Origin: Ilumatobacteraceae bacterium
GTDB taxonomy: Bacteria; Actinomycetota; Acidimicrobiia; Acidimicrobiales; Ilumatobacteraceae
DNA length: 64,000 nt
NCBI GenBank assembly: GCA_963728195.1
Contig: CAVSIX010000007.1
Span: 206,139-270,138 of the forward strand
Direction of reading: 5' to 3'
The translations under genes and the position numbers were made by a program. The notes beneath the pieces were generated by a model that did no database searches, had not been told where the DNA came from, and saw only the letters and a list, made by a program, of their open reading frames with translations. Below, one piece after another: positions 1 through 9,910 of this stretch. Every line of letters starts with the position of its first letter. The stretch's first letter is position 1.

Positions 1-90
1 TTTCGGCTGCGACGGTCGACGAGCGGCCATCAGCAGCATCACGACGACCACGGCGGAGACGATCCCGAGAGCGGTCCAGACGATCCACAT
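1..90 (-). CDS. small hydrophobic protein, partial (continues beyond window start)
   Basis: ATG at 88-90 on the minus strand opens MWIVWTALGIVSAVVVVMLLMAARRPSQPK. It has one TM-like helix and GC-rich third positions and runs off the window edge. It is absent from the ORF track because no stop is visible. Confidence 0.25.
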   Translation of the reverse strand, partial: MWIVWTALGIVSAVVVVMLLMAARRPSQPK

Positions 91-141
91 GCCGCCCCGC
101 TACCCGACGCCGCACCGGCGCAAACGCCGCCCGGGTGCGGA

Positions 142-915
142 TCAGGCCCGGGTGTACCGCCAGACCGCGATGCCACCGAACACGATCGAGATCCCGATGC
201 TCCACAGGATCGACTGCACCGCACTCGACGCAACCGGCCCGCCGAGCGACAGGTTGCGGGCGGCGTCCGCGGTGACCGACACCGGGCTGTACTCGGCGAA
301 GCCCTGCAGCCAGCCCGGCATCGTGTCGACGGGCACGAACACGCTGCTGGCGAACACGAGCGGGAAGATCGCGACGAAGCCGGCCGACTGGGCGGCCTCG
401 GCGCCATCGGCGACGAAGGCGATCGCGGCGAAGACCCAGCTGAGCGCGTATCCGAACGCCAGGATCAGTGCGATCGCGAGGGCGGCCTGGGCCACGCCGT
501 TCTGGAACGAGAAGCCGACCAGGTAGCCGACGGTGATCATCAGCGCGAGGATCACGGCGTTACGCACGAGGTCGGCAAGCGTGCGGCCCGTCAGGACCGC
601 CGAACGGCTCATCGGCATCGATCGGAACCGGTCCATCACCCCGCGTTGCAGGTCTTCGGCCAACCCGACCGCCGTCTGACTCGCACGGAACGCCACCGAC
701 TGTACGAGGATGCCCGGCAGGAGGTAGTCGACGTAGTCGACACCCGGCGGCAGCGACGAGCCGATCGCACCGCCGAAGACGTACACGAACAACAGCACGA
801 ACATCACCGGCTGGATGGTCGAGAACAGCAGCAGATCGGGTTGACGGACGAAGTGCCACAGATTGCGGCGGGTCACCGCCGTCGTGTCGGTGACGCCCTG
901 TGCGAGATCGACCAT
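142..915 (-). CDS. ABC-2 type transporter permease (DrrB-like)
   Basis: 257-aa ORF with about 6 hydrophobic helices and an ABC-2 permease-like layout. Its start overlaps the stop of the upstream ATPase gene at position 915. Confidence 0.85.
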   Translation of the reverse strand: MVDLAQGVTDTTAVTRRNLWHFVRQPDLLLFSTIQPVMFVLLFVYVFGGAIGSSLPPGVDYVDYLLPGILVQSVAFRASQTAVGLAEDLQRGVMDRFRSMPMSRSAVLTGRTLADLVRNAVILALMITVGYLVGFSFQNGVAQAALAIALILAFGYALSWVFAAIAFVADGAEAAQSAGFVAIFPLVFASSVFVPVDTMPGWLQGFAEYSPVSVTADAARNLSLGGPVASSAVQSILWSIGISIVFGGIAVWRYTRA

Positions 916-1982
916 CAGCGGTCCTCCTGGTCGGCGGTGTCGTCGGTTGGTGCATCGGGTGCGTCGCCGGTGAGCTGCAGGAAGACGTCGTCGAGGTCGG
1001 GGCCACGCACGCCCAGCGACCGCACGGCCACGTCGGCACCGGTCAGTGCGTCGGCGACCTGCGAGAGCCGTCCGAGTGCGTCCTCGCCGGGATCGATCGT
1101 CCAGCGGTCGTCGTCGTGCTCGTCGACGTCGCCGACGCCGACCCGATCCAGCGCCGCACGCGCCCGCTCGCGCATCGCCGCAGGATCGTCCGTCGCCGTC
1201 AGCTGGAGGTGCACCACCAGTCCCCCGGCACGTTCTTTCAGTTCGTCGGCCGTGCCCGTCGCGATGGCGCGTCCGTGGTCCATCACCGTGATGCGATCGG
1301 CGAGCGCATCGGCTTCTTCGAGGTACTGCGTCGTCAGCAGGACGGTGGCACCGTCGGCCGCCAGCTCACGGATCACCTCCCAGATCGTGCGCCGGCTGCG
1401 CAGGTCGAGACCGGTCGTCGGTTCGTCGAGGAAGAGCAGGCGCGGATCGGTGAGCAGCGCCGACGCGAGGTCGAGACGCCGCCGCATCCCGCCGGAGTAC
1501 GTCTTGGCCTGACGGTCGGCGGCGTCGGCGAGGTCGAACCGCGTCAGCAGCTCGTCGGCCCGGTTCGACGCATCCGACCTCGACAGACCGAACAGCTCGC
1601 CGAAGAGTTCGAGGTTCTGTCGCCCCGTCAGGATTTCATCGACGGCCGCATACTGCCCGGCGAGGGCGATCGAGCGCCGCACCTCGGTCGCGTCCCGCAC
1701 GACGTCGCATCCGAACACCTCGGCTGCGCCGTCGGTGGGCCGCTGGAGGGTGGAGAGCACCTTGACCGCCGTCGTCTTGCCCGAGCCGTTGGGACCCAGC
1801 AGACCGAGGATCTCGCCGGTTCGCATCTGCAGGTCGAAGCCGTCGAGCGCCCGCGTGTCGCCGAACACGACGTGCACGTCCTGCATGTCGACCGCGAGCT
1901 GGTCGTCATCGGGAGAGGTCGGGTCGGGAGCGGAGCGGTCGTCGCCTGCGGTCGTCTGCAGCATCCGTTCGTCCGTACCCAC
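915..1982 (-). CDS. ABC transporter ATP-binding protein (DrrA-like)
   Basis: Walker A GPNGSGKTT, signature YSGGMRRRL and Walker B LLFLDEPT, plus a C-terminal extension as in Drr-type exporters. An alternative ATG start lies at 1964. Confidence 0.9.
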   Translation of the reverse strand: MGTDERMLQTTAGDDRSAPDPTSPDDDQLAVDMQDVHVVFGDTRALDGFDLQMRTGEILGLLGPNGSGKTTAVKVLSTLQRPTDGAAEVFGCDVVRDATEVRRSIALAGQYAAVDEILTGRQNLELFGELFGLSRSDASNRADELLTRFDLADAADRQAKTYSGGMRRRLDLASALLTDPRLLFLDEPTTGLDLRSRRTIWEVIRELAADGATVLLTTQYLEEADALADRITVMDHGRAIATGTADELKERAGGLVVHLQLTATDDPAAMRERARAALDRVGVGDVDEHDDDRWTIDPGEDALGRLSQVADALTGADVAVRSLGVRGPDLDDVFLQLTGDAPDAPTDDTADQEDR

Positions 1983-2062
1983 GGGCTCGCGCTGCGAATC
2001 TTCCCAATGGCCGGCGAGGATGCAACGATGGCGACGACACGATCGGCGACAGCGGAGGATGC

Positions 2063-2929
2063 ATGCCGGAGATGCCCGAGATCCAGGCGCACGCCGAACG
2101 CCTGAGCAACCAGTTCACCGGACGTGTCCTGGCCGGCTTCACACCGTTCAACTTCACGGCGCTCAAGACGGCGGTGCCCGCTCCGTCGGAGGCGTTCGGC
2201 GAGCCGCTGGTGGACGTCGGGCGTCGCGGCAAGTACCTGCTGCTGCGCTTCGAGCCGGTCACGTTCGTGGTGCATCTCATGCAGGGCGGCCGGCTCGTGC
2301 CCGACCCGAAGCGAGCGGCGAAACCCCGCGGCGGTCAGGCCCGATTCGTCTTCGAGCCGATCGAACGCGACGACGGCTCGATCGACGAGACTGCACTCCT
2401 GCTCACCGAGCAGGGCAAGGAGCGGCGCGCCGGCGTGTGGTGCGTACCGACCGACACCGCGCTCGACTCACCACCGCTCGACAAGCTCGGCCCGGAGGCG
2501 GTCGACATCAGCAGCGAGCAACTCGCAGAGCTGTTCGCCGCGAACTCGATGCGCGTCCACGGCTTCCTTCGCGACCAGCGCATGATCGCCGGAATCGGCC
2601 GTCGCCTCGCGAACGAGATCTGCCACCGAGCGCGGATCTCGCCCTTTGCCAACACCCGCAAACTCGCAGCAGCGGGCGCAGCCGACGTCGCAGCCGCGAT
2701 CTCGTCGTGCATCGCCGAGGGGTTGGAGTACGAGCGCACCCGCGACGACATGAGCTCGTCGAAGGATCGGCCGAGTGCGATGCACAGCCGAACCGGCGAT
2801 CCGTGCCCCGACTGCGGTGATGCGGTTCGGGCGGTCGAGTACTCGGGCTACACCGTCAACTACTGCCCGACGTGCCAGACCGGCGGCAAGGTGCTCGCCG
2901 ACAACACGACCAGCAAATTCCTCAAGTAG
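2063..2929 (+). CDS. Fpg/Nei family DNA glycosylase / AP lyase
   Basis: N-terminus MPEMPE (catalytic Pro2/Glu3 pattern), an H2TH-like middle region, and a C-terminal zinc finger CPDCG...CPTCQ. Confidence 0.9.
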   Translation: MPEMPEIQAHAERLSNQFTGRVLAGFTPFNFTALKTAVPAPSEAFGEPLVDVGRRGKYLLLRFEPVTFVVHLMQGGRLVPDPKRAAKPRGGQARFVFEPIERDDGSIDETALLLTEQGKERRAGVWCVPTDTALDSPPLDKLGPEAVDISSEQLAELFAANSMRVHGFLRDQRMIAGIGRRLANEICHRARISPFANTRKLAAAGAADVAAAISSCIAEGLEYERTRDDMSSSKDRPSAMHSRTGDPCPDCGDAVRAVEYSGYTVNYCPTCQTGGKVLADNTTSKFLK

Positions 2930-2953
2930 CTCCGGACGAATACGCTCGGCGTC

Positions 2954-3670
2954 ATGCCCATCCATCTGCGCGCCGAAGCCGGCGACTACGCCCCCAACGT
3001 GTTGTGCCCCGGCGATCCGGTCCGGGCGAAGTACATCGCCGAGACGTTCTTCGATCCCGGCGCCCGACAGGTGAACACCGAACGGGGGATGCTCGGCTAC
3101 ACCGGCACCTTCGAGGGCGAGCCGATCAGCGTGCAGTCGACCGGCATGGGCTGCCCGAGTGCCGGCATCGTGTTCGAGGAACTGATCATGCTCGGCGCAA
3201 CCCGGCTCGTTCGCGTCGGCACGTGTGGAGGCCTCGGCGACGGCATGGCGATGGGCGACACGGTGGTCGGCTTGGCGGCATCGACCGACGATCAGACGCC
3301 GCTTCGCTATGCCGCGATGGAGGGCTTCGCTCCGAGTGCGACGTTCTCACTGGTCGAGACCGCTGCTCGACTCGCCCGCGAGAGTTCGGCGGGCGCCGTG
3401 CACGTCGGGCCGATCGTGACGTCCGGGCTGTTCTACGATCCCGATCCGACCACGTTCGCCCGATGGAAGCGGCTGGGTCACATCGGCGTGGAGATGGAAG
3501 CGGCGATGATGTACACGATCGCGGCCGTCAAGGGCATCGAATCGCTGGCGATCATGACCGTCAGCGACCTGCTCGGCGAGCAGGGCGACACCGAGCGGAT
3601 CAGCGATGCGGAACTCAAGGCGGGCGTCGATCAGATGATGCGCATTTCCTGCGCAGTCGCCGTGTCATGA
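2954..3670 (+). CDS. deoD: purine nucleoside phosphorylase, DeoD type
   Basis: 238 aa with PNP/UDP-1 family motifs: GDPVRAKYIAE, STGMGCPS, VRVGTCGG, GVEMEAA. Confidence 0.9.
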   Translation: MPIHLRAEAGDYAPNVLCPGDPVRAKYIAETFFDPGARQVNTERGMLGYTGTFEGEPISVQSTGMGCPSAGIVFEELIMLGATRLVRVGTCGGLGDGMAMGDTVVGLAASTDDQTPLRYAAMEGFAPSATFSLVETAARLARESSAGAVHVGPIVTSGLFYDPDPTTFARWKRLGHIGVEMEAAMMYTIAAVKGIESLAIMTVSDLLGEQGDTERISDAELKAGVDQMMRISCAVAVS

Positions 3671-3729
3671 TGCGGTGATCAGCAGTCCGCTGACAGAACT
3701 TCTCCGCCTCCAGGAGCGTCAGAACCATC

Positions 3730-4530
3730 ATGATCCCCCGCACCGCACTGGCCATCCTCGCTCTGTCCGCCTTGGCGCTCGCCGCCTGCGGCAGTGACGA
3801 CTCCCCCGCTGCCGACGACTCGCTTCCCGCGGTCGGCTCGGCTCCCACCGCCGACGATCTGGCCGACACCGCCTTCGAGTCGACCGAGGTCACCGGCTAC
3901 GAACTCGTCGCCGACACCGCCATCGAGCTCGCCTTCACCGCCGACACGCTGTCGGCACGCGCCGGGTGCAACTCGATGAGCGGTGGCTACTCGATCACCG
4001 ACGGCACACTGGAAGTGGGCGCCATGGCGTCGACGATGATGGCGTGCTCCGACGAACTGATGGCCCAGGACACCTGGCTGAGCGAGTTCCTGTCGGGCGC
4101 ACCCTCGATCGCCCTCGACGGCGACACGCTGACGCTCACGGGCGACGAGGCCACGCTGACATCGAGCGCCATCCAGCCCGCCGAGCTCGAGGGCACCACG
4201 TGGAACGTCACCGGCATCGTCGCCAACGAGGCGGTCAGTTCGCTGCCCGCCGGCGCCGAGGCGTCGATCACGATCGCCGACGGGCAGGCAGCGATCCAGA
4301 CCGGATGCAACTCCGGTTCGACCAGCGTCGACATCACCGACACGACGATCACGTTCGGCCCGATCGCACTGACGAAGATGGCGTGCGCCGACGAGGCCGT
4401 CAATCAGCTCGAGGCGCACGTGATCATCGTCCTCGGCGGCGAGGTCACCTACGAGATCGCCGGCGACATGCTGATTCTCAGCAACCCTGACGCCGACGGC
4501 CAGCCCGGCCTCCAGCTCACCGCCGCCTGA
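3730..4530 (+). CDS. META domain-containing lipoprotein (HslJ-like), two META repeats
   Basis: Lipobox LALAAC followed by GSD. Two repeated segments carry AGCNSMSGGY and TGCNSGS motifs, each followed by (M/K)MAC. Confidence 0.8.
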   Translation: MIPRTALAILALSALALAACGSDDSPAADDSLPAVGSAPTADDLADTAFESTEVTGYELVADTAIELAFTADTLSARAGCNSMSGGYSITDGTLEVGAMASTMMACSDELMAQDTWLSEFLSGAPSIALDGDTLTLTGDEATLTSSAIQPAELEGTTWNVTGIVANEAVSSLPAGAEASITIADGQAAIQTGCNSGSTSVDITDTTITFGPIALTKMACADEAVNQLEAHVIIVLGGEVTYEIAGDMLILSNPDADGQPGLQLTAA

Positions 4531-4546
4531 GCCCAGGCAGCAGGGA

Positions 4547-5533
4547 TCAGATCAGGCCGAGTTCGGCGACGGCGTCGCGTTCGCTCACGAGTTCGTCGGC
4601 GCTGGCATCGATCTTGGCGCGGCTGAAGTCGTCGATCTCGAGTCCCTGGACGATCTCGTAGTCGCCGTTCTTGCACACGCACGGGAACGACGAGATGATG
4701 CCCTCGGGCACGTCGTAGCTGCCGTCGCTGACGACCGACATCGAGACCCAGTCGCCCTCGGGCGTGCCGAGCGACCAGTCGCGGATGTGATCGACCGCAG
4801 CCGACGCGGCCGATGCGGCCGACGAAGCGCCACGGGCGTCGATGATCGCCGCGCCGCGCTTGGCGACGGTCGGGATGTAGGTGTTCTCGTACCACTCGTG
4901 GTCGCCGACGGCGTCGTACGCGCGCTGTCCGTTGACCTCGCAGTGGAAGAGATCGGGGTACTGCGTGGTGGAGTGGTTGCCCCAGATCGTCATCTTGGTG
5001 ATGTCGTTGACCGACGTGTCGAGGCGCTGCGCGAGCTGCGTCTTGGCGCGATTGTGGTCGAGACGCGTCATCGCCGTGAACCGGTGCGGGTCGAGGTCGG
5101 CGGCGTTGCGCTGGGCGATGAGTGCGTTGGTGTTCGCTGGGTTGCCGACGACGAGGATCTTCACGTCGGGCGTGGCCGACCGTGAGAGCGCTTCGCCCTG
5201 CGGCTTGAAGATGCCACCGTTGGCCGACAGCAGGTCGGCGCGCTCCATGCCGGCCTTGCGCGGCATCGATCCGACGAGGATGGCGACATCTGCGTCGCCG
5301 AACGCCGTGTCGGGATCGTCGGTGCAGACGACCTCGGAGAGCAGCGGGAACGCGCAGTCGTCGAGTTCCATCCGCACGCCCTCGAGCGCACCGAGCGCCG
5401 GCGTGATCTCGAGCAGCTGCAGCGCGATCGGCGTGTCGGGGCCGAGCATCGAGCCCGACGCGATTCGGAAGAGGATGCTGTAGCCGATCTGGCCTGCAGC
5501 ACCGGTGACGGCAACACGAACGGGAGTGGTCAT
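4547..5533 (-). CDS. mdh: malate dehydrogenase (NAD-dependent, MDH type 2)
   Basis: Rossmann motif [12 protein letters not shown] plus VGNPANTNA and WGNHS motifs. Start placed at the in-frame ATG (MTTPVRV); the 14 upstream codons in the track are Arg/Gly-rich. Confidence 0.93.
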   Translation of the reverse strand: MTTPVRVAVTGAAGQIGYSILFRIASGSMLGPDTPIALQLLEITPALGALEGVRMELDDCAFPLLSEVVCTDDPDTAFGDADVAILVGSMPRKAGMERADLLSANGGIFKPQGEALSRSATPDVKILVVGNPANTNALIAQRNAADLDPHRFTAMTRLDHNRAKTQLAQRLDTSVNDITKMTIWGNHSTTQYPDLFHCEVNGQRAYDAVGDHEWYENTYIPTVAKRGAAIIDARGASSAASAASAAVDHIRDWSLGTPEGDWVSMSVVSDGSYDVPEGIISSFPCVCKNGDYEIVQGLEIDDFSRAKIDASADELVSERDAVAELGLI

Positions 5534-5583
5534 GATTCGAGCGTACGCCCGGCGCCGACCACCGCCCAAGCGCACGCACCCCC

Positions 5584-5630
5584 AAAAATGCCTGATCGGT
5601 CGCGCTCAGCGCGCCGATCCAGGCATTTTT
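5584..5630. terminator. bidirectional intrinsic-terminator-like hairpin (A-tract / GC stem / T-tract)
   Basis: AAAAATGCCTGATCGGTCGCGC-TCA-GCGCGCCGATCCAGGCATTTTT. It lies directly after the stop of the acyltransferase gene (5635, minus) and upstream of mdh. Confidence 0.7.
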
Positions 5631-5634
5631 CGGG

Positions 5635-7764
5635 TCAGGGTTGGGCGAGGACGCGGTTGATCACGTCGGCGTAGAAGTTCTGGCCCGACTGGGTGAGGTG
5701 GATGCCGTCGTCGTAGAAGCAGCGCCCCTCACAACTCGACGAGAGGACCTCCCAGTCGAGCACCGTCACGTTGGGATGGGTGGCGGGCACGGCACGGAGC
5801 TTCGCGTTGTTGTCGGCGATCCAGCCCCGGTCGGCCTTGCCGGTCAGCAGCAGCACGACCGGCACGTCGGCAACCGTCGCCAGCATCGCGTCGAGGGTCT
5901 CCTGGCTGAAGCCGCCGTTCGTCCCGAGGTGCACGACGACCACCGAACCGAACGTGCCGTTGTCCTTCAGCGTCTGCATCGTCGGGATGAAGGCCTGCAT
6001 CTGGCGGCTCTGCAACGCGTCGACCTGGAAGCCGCGCGCCTGGAGTTCCTCGGCGGCGCCCAACATCACCGAATCTCCCAGTGCGACGAGCGGGAAGCCC
6101 GACACGGTCGGCGGGATCGAGAGCGGCGCCAACCCCTCGAGGCTCGTCACGACGCCGAGCTGCGCGACCGGTGCCGGTGGCACGGTCGTCGGTGGCACCG
6201 TCGTCGGCGGCACGGTCGTCGGCGGCACGGTCGTCGTCGGTGGTGGTGGTGAGACGTCGGGCACCACGGAGTCGGACGGATCGAGCACGGGGCTGACGGC
6301 CTCGGCCACGGTGGTCGCGGGCGCCGTCGTGGTGGAGCTCGACGTGGTGGTGGTCGATGCGACCGGAATGTCGTCGACGGCGAGCAGGTCGGTGGTGAAC
6401 TCCTCGCCGGCGGTCAGCGCCTGGGCGATCTCGTTCTGCTCGAGTGGTGCCGTCAGGAGGACGGCGCCGACGAACATCACGAACGCCGCCGAGACCGCTG
6501 CGACGCCGGTGACGAGCACCTTGGGGCCGCGCCGCTTGCCGGCGAAGATCCGATGCCAACCCGCAGCGAAGCGGCCGCGACGGATCGGGGTCTCGATCAA
6601 GCGGTACGACGCCTCGGTCACGATCACGGTCAGCGCCAGCGCGAACAGGAACTCCCCGAACGTCAGCTTGTTGCCGGCCACGCCGCGGATCATCTGATAG
6701 ATCGGCCAGTGGTACAGGTAGAGGCCGTACGAGCGCGTACCGATCCAGCGGAAGAAGGGATTCCCGAGCACTCGGTTGGCGTGAGCGCCACGGTGGGTCA
6801 CCGCCGCGATGATCGCCAGCGTCGACAGCGCAGCGAGGAACATCCCGCCACGGAACAGGAACGGGTCTGCTCCGCTCGGCGTGGCCAGGTACGTGTTCCA
6901 GCAGAGCCACCCGAATCCGATGATCGACACGAGCGCGAACCCGTCGAAGAGTCGTCCCTTCGACCGCAACGGCCCACGCACGATCGCCAGCGGCCTCCAG
7001 ACCATCGCGAATGCCGCGCCGAGCAGGATGCCGCTGAGGCGACTGATCGTGCCGAGGTACAGCGTGTCGATCTTGGCGATCGGCCGATCGCCAAGCCACC
7101 AGTACGCATCCGGCGTGACGTTCGGCTCGGCGATCGGACCCGGGTAGTACAACACCGCCACCGCGACCGTGATCATCACCGCGACGACGAACAGCCAGCG
7201 GCTGACGGCGGCGACCTGACGGGTGCCGTTGCGGCCGAGCAGGAAGATCATCACGACGGGCCAGAACAGGTAGAACTGCTCTTCGACCGCCAGGCTCCAC
7301 AGATGTCGCAGCGGCGCGAAGTCGCCGGCCGCGGTGTAGCCGAGACCCTCCCAGATCTGGTACCAGTTCGACACGTAGAAGAAGCCGGCGATCACATCGC
7401 CGCGCAGCGCCCCGAGCGCCTCCTCCTTGAAGATCGCCGTCCAGACGGTGACGAGGAACATCATCGTGAACAGCGCCGGCAGCAGGCGCCGCGCTCGACG
7501 CATCCAGAAGTGACGCAGCGAGATCCGGTAGGTGCGCTCGCGTTCGGAGATCAGCAGCAGCGTGATCAGGTATCCGGAGATCACGAAGAACATCTCCACG
7601 CCGAGGAACCCGCCGGGCAGCCAGTCGCTGTTGGCGTGGTACACCATCACCGCAACGACGGCGAGCGCCCGCATGCCGTCGAGACCCGGAAGGTACGGGA
7701 CCCGACTGATGTGGGCGCGGTCGTCGGGAACCGGCTCCACCCGGGGCGGCGCGAGCGTGGACAT
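5635..7764 (-). CDS. acyltransferase_3 family O-acyltransferase with C-terminal SGNH/GDSL-like domain (OafA/OatA-like), paralog 1
   Basis: N-terminal multi-TM acyltransferase_3 domain (VYHANSDWLPGGFLGVEMFFVISGYL), a Pro/Thr linker (PPTTV x4), and a C-terminal domain with LGDSVMLGAA and DDGIHL. Start set at MSTLAPP; the upstream 67 codons overlap paralog 2. Confidence 0.88.
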   Translation of the reverse strand: MSTLAPPRVEPVPDDRAHISRVPYLPGLDGMRALAVVAVMVYHANSDWLPGGFLGVEMFFVISGYLITLLLISERERTYRISLRHFWMRRARRLLPALFTMMFLVTVWTAIFKEEALGALRGDVIAGFFYVSNWYQIWEGLGYTAAGDFAPLRHLWSLAVEEQFYLFWPVVMIFLLGRNGTRQVAAVSRWLFVVAVMITVAVAVLYYPGPIAEPNVTPDAYWWLGDRPIAKIDTLYLGTISRLSGILLGAAFAMVWRPLAIVRGPLRSKGRLFDGFALVSIIGFGWLCWNTYLATPSGADPFLFRGGMFLAALSTLAIIAAVTHRGAHANRVLGNPFFRWIGTRSYGLYLYHWPIYQMIRGVAGNKLTFGEFLFALALTVIVTEASYRLIETPIRRGRFAAGWHRIFAGKRRGPKVLVTGVAAVSAAFVMFVGAVLLTAPLEQNEIAQALTAGEEFTTDLLAVDDIPVASTTTTSSSTTTAPATTVAEAVSPVLDPSDSVVPDVSPPPPTTTVPPTTVPPTTVPPTTVPPAPVAQLGVVTSLEGLAPLSIPPTVSGFPLVALGDSVMLGAAEELQARGFQVDALQSRQMQAFIPTMQTLKDNGTFGSVVVVHLGTNGGFSQETLDAMLATVADVPVVLLLTGKADRGWIADNNAKLRAVPATHPNVTVLDWEVLSSSCEGRCFYDDGIHLTQSGQNFYADVINRVLAQP
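6181..6240 (-). repeat. 15-bp tandem repeat x4 encoding the PPTTV linker
   Basis: Plus-strand units cacggtcgtcgg(t/c)gg repeat head to tail inside paralog 1 and translate as PPTTVPPTTVPPTTVPPTTV. Confidence 0.8.
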
Positions 7765-7862
7765 GGGGGATCCAGTATCGCCGCGCAAATCGCGCTCAGG
7801 GTGGCATGCCGACCATCTGGTGCGTCGGGCCTGGTCACGTACCGATCGCACGCCGGCGATGG

Positions 7863-9893
7863 TCAGGTGGGAGCCTGCAGCGCTCCGTCGATCAGTGCCG
7901 CATAGTAGACCTGGCCATCGGGACGCAGGTGGAATCCGTCTGAGTAGAAGCAGTCGCCGGGGCAACTGCCGGCGAGTCCGGCCCAGTCGAGCAGCGACAC
8001 GTTCGGGTAGGTGTTGACCGTGTCGTAGATCAACGCGTTGTTGTCGGCGGTGTAGTCGCGTGGCACGTCGATCGTCAGCAGCAGCACCTGCGGTACATCC
8101 GCGAGCGCCTCCATCATGCGAGTCATGTCACCCGGGCCGATCGGCCCGTTCGTGCCGAGATGCACCACGACCACGTCACCGAGTCGGTCCTGCTCTTCGA
8201 GCTGCAGGATCGTGTCGAGGCCGTTGACGAACGCCCGGCTCTCGATCGCATCGACGGTGAAGCCGAGTTCCTTGAGTTGCGGTGCGGCACCCAGCATCAC
8301 CGAGTCGCCGAGGGCGAGCTGCGAGATGGGAGCCGGCGGGGGCGTCGTGGTGGTCTCGACGGCCGACGGCGGCGGAACCGCAGGTGCCGAGACGTCGGTC
8401 GTGTCGTTCGGCTCCAGCGTCTCGGCGACGACGGCGGGCGGATCGGTGGCGTCGGCGCCCGCACACGTCGGATCGTTGATCACGTCGCACGTGGCCTGGG
8501 CTCCCTCGTCGAGCGCCTGTCGCACTTCGTTCTCCTCGACCGAGGCGGTCGCCAGGCTGACGCCGGCGAACAGGGTGAGGGCGCCGAGCACCGCACCGCC
8601 GACGAGCAACGCGTTGCGGGGCCCTGGGACCGGTGAGCGCCGGATCCGATTCAGCGAGGCGCCGAACGTCCCGCGGCGGATCGGGGTCTCGATGAACCGG
8701 AACGACGCCTCGGTGACGAAGCAGGTCGCCGCCATCGCGACCACGAACTCGTGGAACTTCAGGTGGTTGCCGGCGATGTTGCGGATCAACTGGAAGATCG
8801 GCCAGTGGTAGAGGTACAAGCCGTACGAGCGTGTGCCGATCCACAGCAGCACGGGGATGCTGAGCACCCTCGACGTGACCGCGCGTTCGTGCGTCACCGC
8901 GGCGACCATCATCAACGTGGCGATCGCGCACAGCATGAAACCGCCGCGGAACAACCACGGGTTGGCACCGTCGGGACCGAGCAGGTACATCCACCACGCC
9001 ATCGCACACAGCGCCACGAAACCGAGCAGTGCCACGCCGTCGAGCATCCGACCCTTGCTCCGCAGCGGTCCGCGCATCACCGCCACGGGACGCCACACCA
9101 TGGCGAAGGCTGCTCCGAGGAGCAGACCGCTGGCACGGGTGAACGTGGACAGATAGAGCCCGTCGAGTTTCGAGATCGGTCGACCGAAGATCGTCCAGTA
9201 CGCCTCCGGAGTGACCTCCGGCGTGCCGACAGGACCGGGATGGTAGAGCACCGCCGTCAGCGCCGCGATCACGAGTGCCGCGACGACGAGATAGCGGCTG
9301 ATGTCGGCGATCCTGCGGCTCCCGCCGCGCAGGAGGGCGAACATCACGATCGGCCAGATCAGGTAGAACTGCTCCTCGACTGCGAGGCTCCAGAGGTGGC
9401 GCAGCGGTGCAAAGTCGTTCGACGCCGTGTAACCGGCGCCGGTCCCGATCTGGTACCAGTTCGAGACATAGAAGGTCGCCGCGATCACGTCACCGCGCAG
9501 CTTGCCGAGCGCCTCTCGCTCGAACAGCGCAGTCCAGATCGCGAGTGCGAGCATCATCGTGAACAGCGCAGGCAGCAGTCGTCGTGCGCGCCGGATCCAG
9601 AACTGCTTCATGTCGACGGTCGACGTGCGTTCCTTCTCCGAGATCAGCAACAGGGTGATCAGGTAGCCGGAGATGACGAAGAACACCTCGACGCCGAGGA
9701 AACCGCCCGGCAACCAGTCGGAGTTGGCGTGGTACACCATCACGGCGACGACAGCGAGCGCCCGCATCCCGTCGAGCCCGGGAAGATACGGCACCCGGCT
9801 GATGTCGGCGCGCTGCCTGCGCCGACGCGAACGTGCCGACGGACGCGGATCGGCACGCGTCGGCGTGCCGGCGGCGTCGGCGGTTGCAGTCAT
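7863..9893 (-). CDS. acyltransferase_3 family O-acyltransferase with C-terminal SGNH/GDSL-like domain, paralog 2
   Basis: Same architecture as 5635..7764. The N-terminal about 70 aa are nearly identical (ISRVPYLPGLDGMRALAVVAVMVYHANSDWLPGGFLGVE). The C-terminal domain carries LGDSVMLGAA and SDGFHL. Confidence 0.88.
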   Translation of the reverse strand: MTATADAAGTPTRADPRPSARSRRRRQRADISRVPYLPGLDGMRALAVVAVMVYHANSDWLPGGFLGVEVFFVISGYLITLLLISEKERTSTVDMKQFWIRRARRLLPALFTMMLALAIWTALFEREALGKLRGDVIAATFYVSNWYQIGTGAGYTASNDFAPLRHLWSLAVEEQFYLIWPIVMFALLRGGSRRIADISRYLVVAALVIAALTAVLYHPGPVGTPEVTPEAYWTIFGRPISKLDGLYLSTFTRASGLLLGAAFAMVWRPVAVMRGPLRSKGRMLDGVALLGFVALCAMAWWMYLLGPDGANPWLFRGGFMLCAIATLMMVAAVTHERAVTSRVLSIPVLLWIGTRSYGLYLYHWPIFQLIRNIAGNHLKFHEFVVAMAATCFVTEASFRFIETPIRRGTFGASLNRIRRSPVPGPRNALLVGGAVLGALTLFAGVSLATASVEENEVRQALDEGAQATCDVINDPTCAGADATDPPAVVAETLEPNDTTDVSAPAVPPPSAVETTTTPPPAPISQLALGDSVMLGAAPQLKELGFTVDAIESRAFVNGLDTILQLEEQDRLGDVVVVHLGTNGPIGPGDMTRMMEALADVPQVLLLTIDVPRDYTADNNALIYDTVNTYPNVSLLDWAGLAGSCPGDCFYSDGFHLRPDGQVYYAALIDGALQAPT

Positions 9894-9910
9894 GTGGTGA
9901 CCAGTATCGC

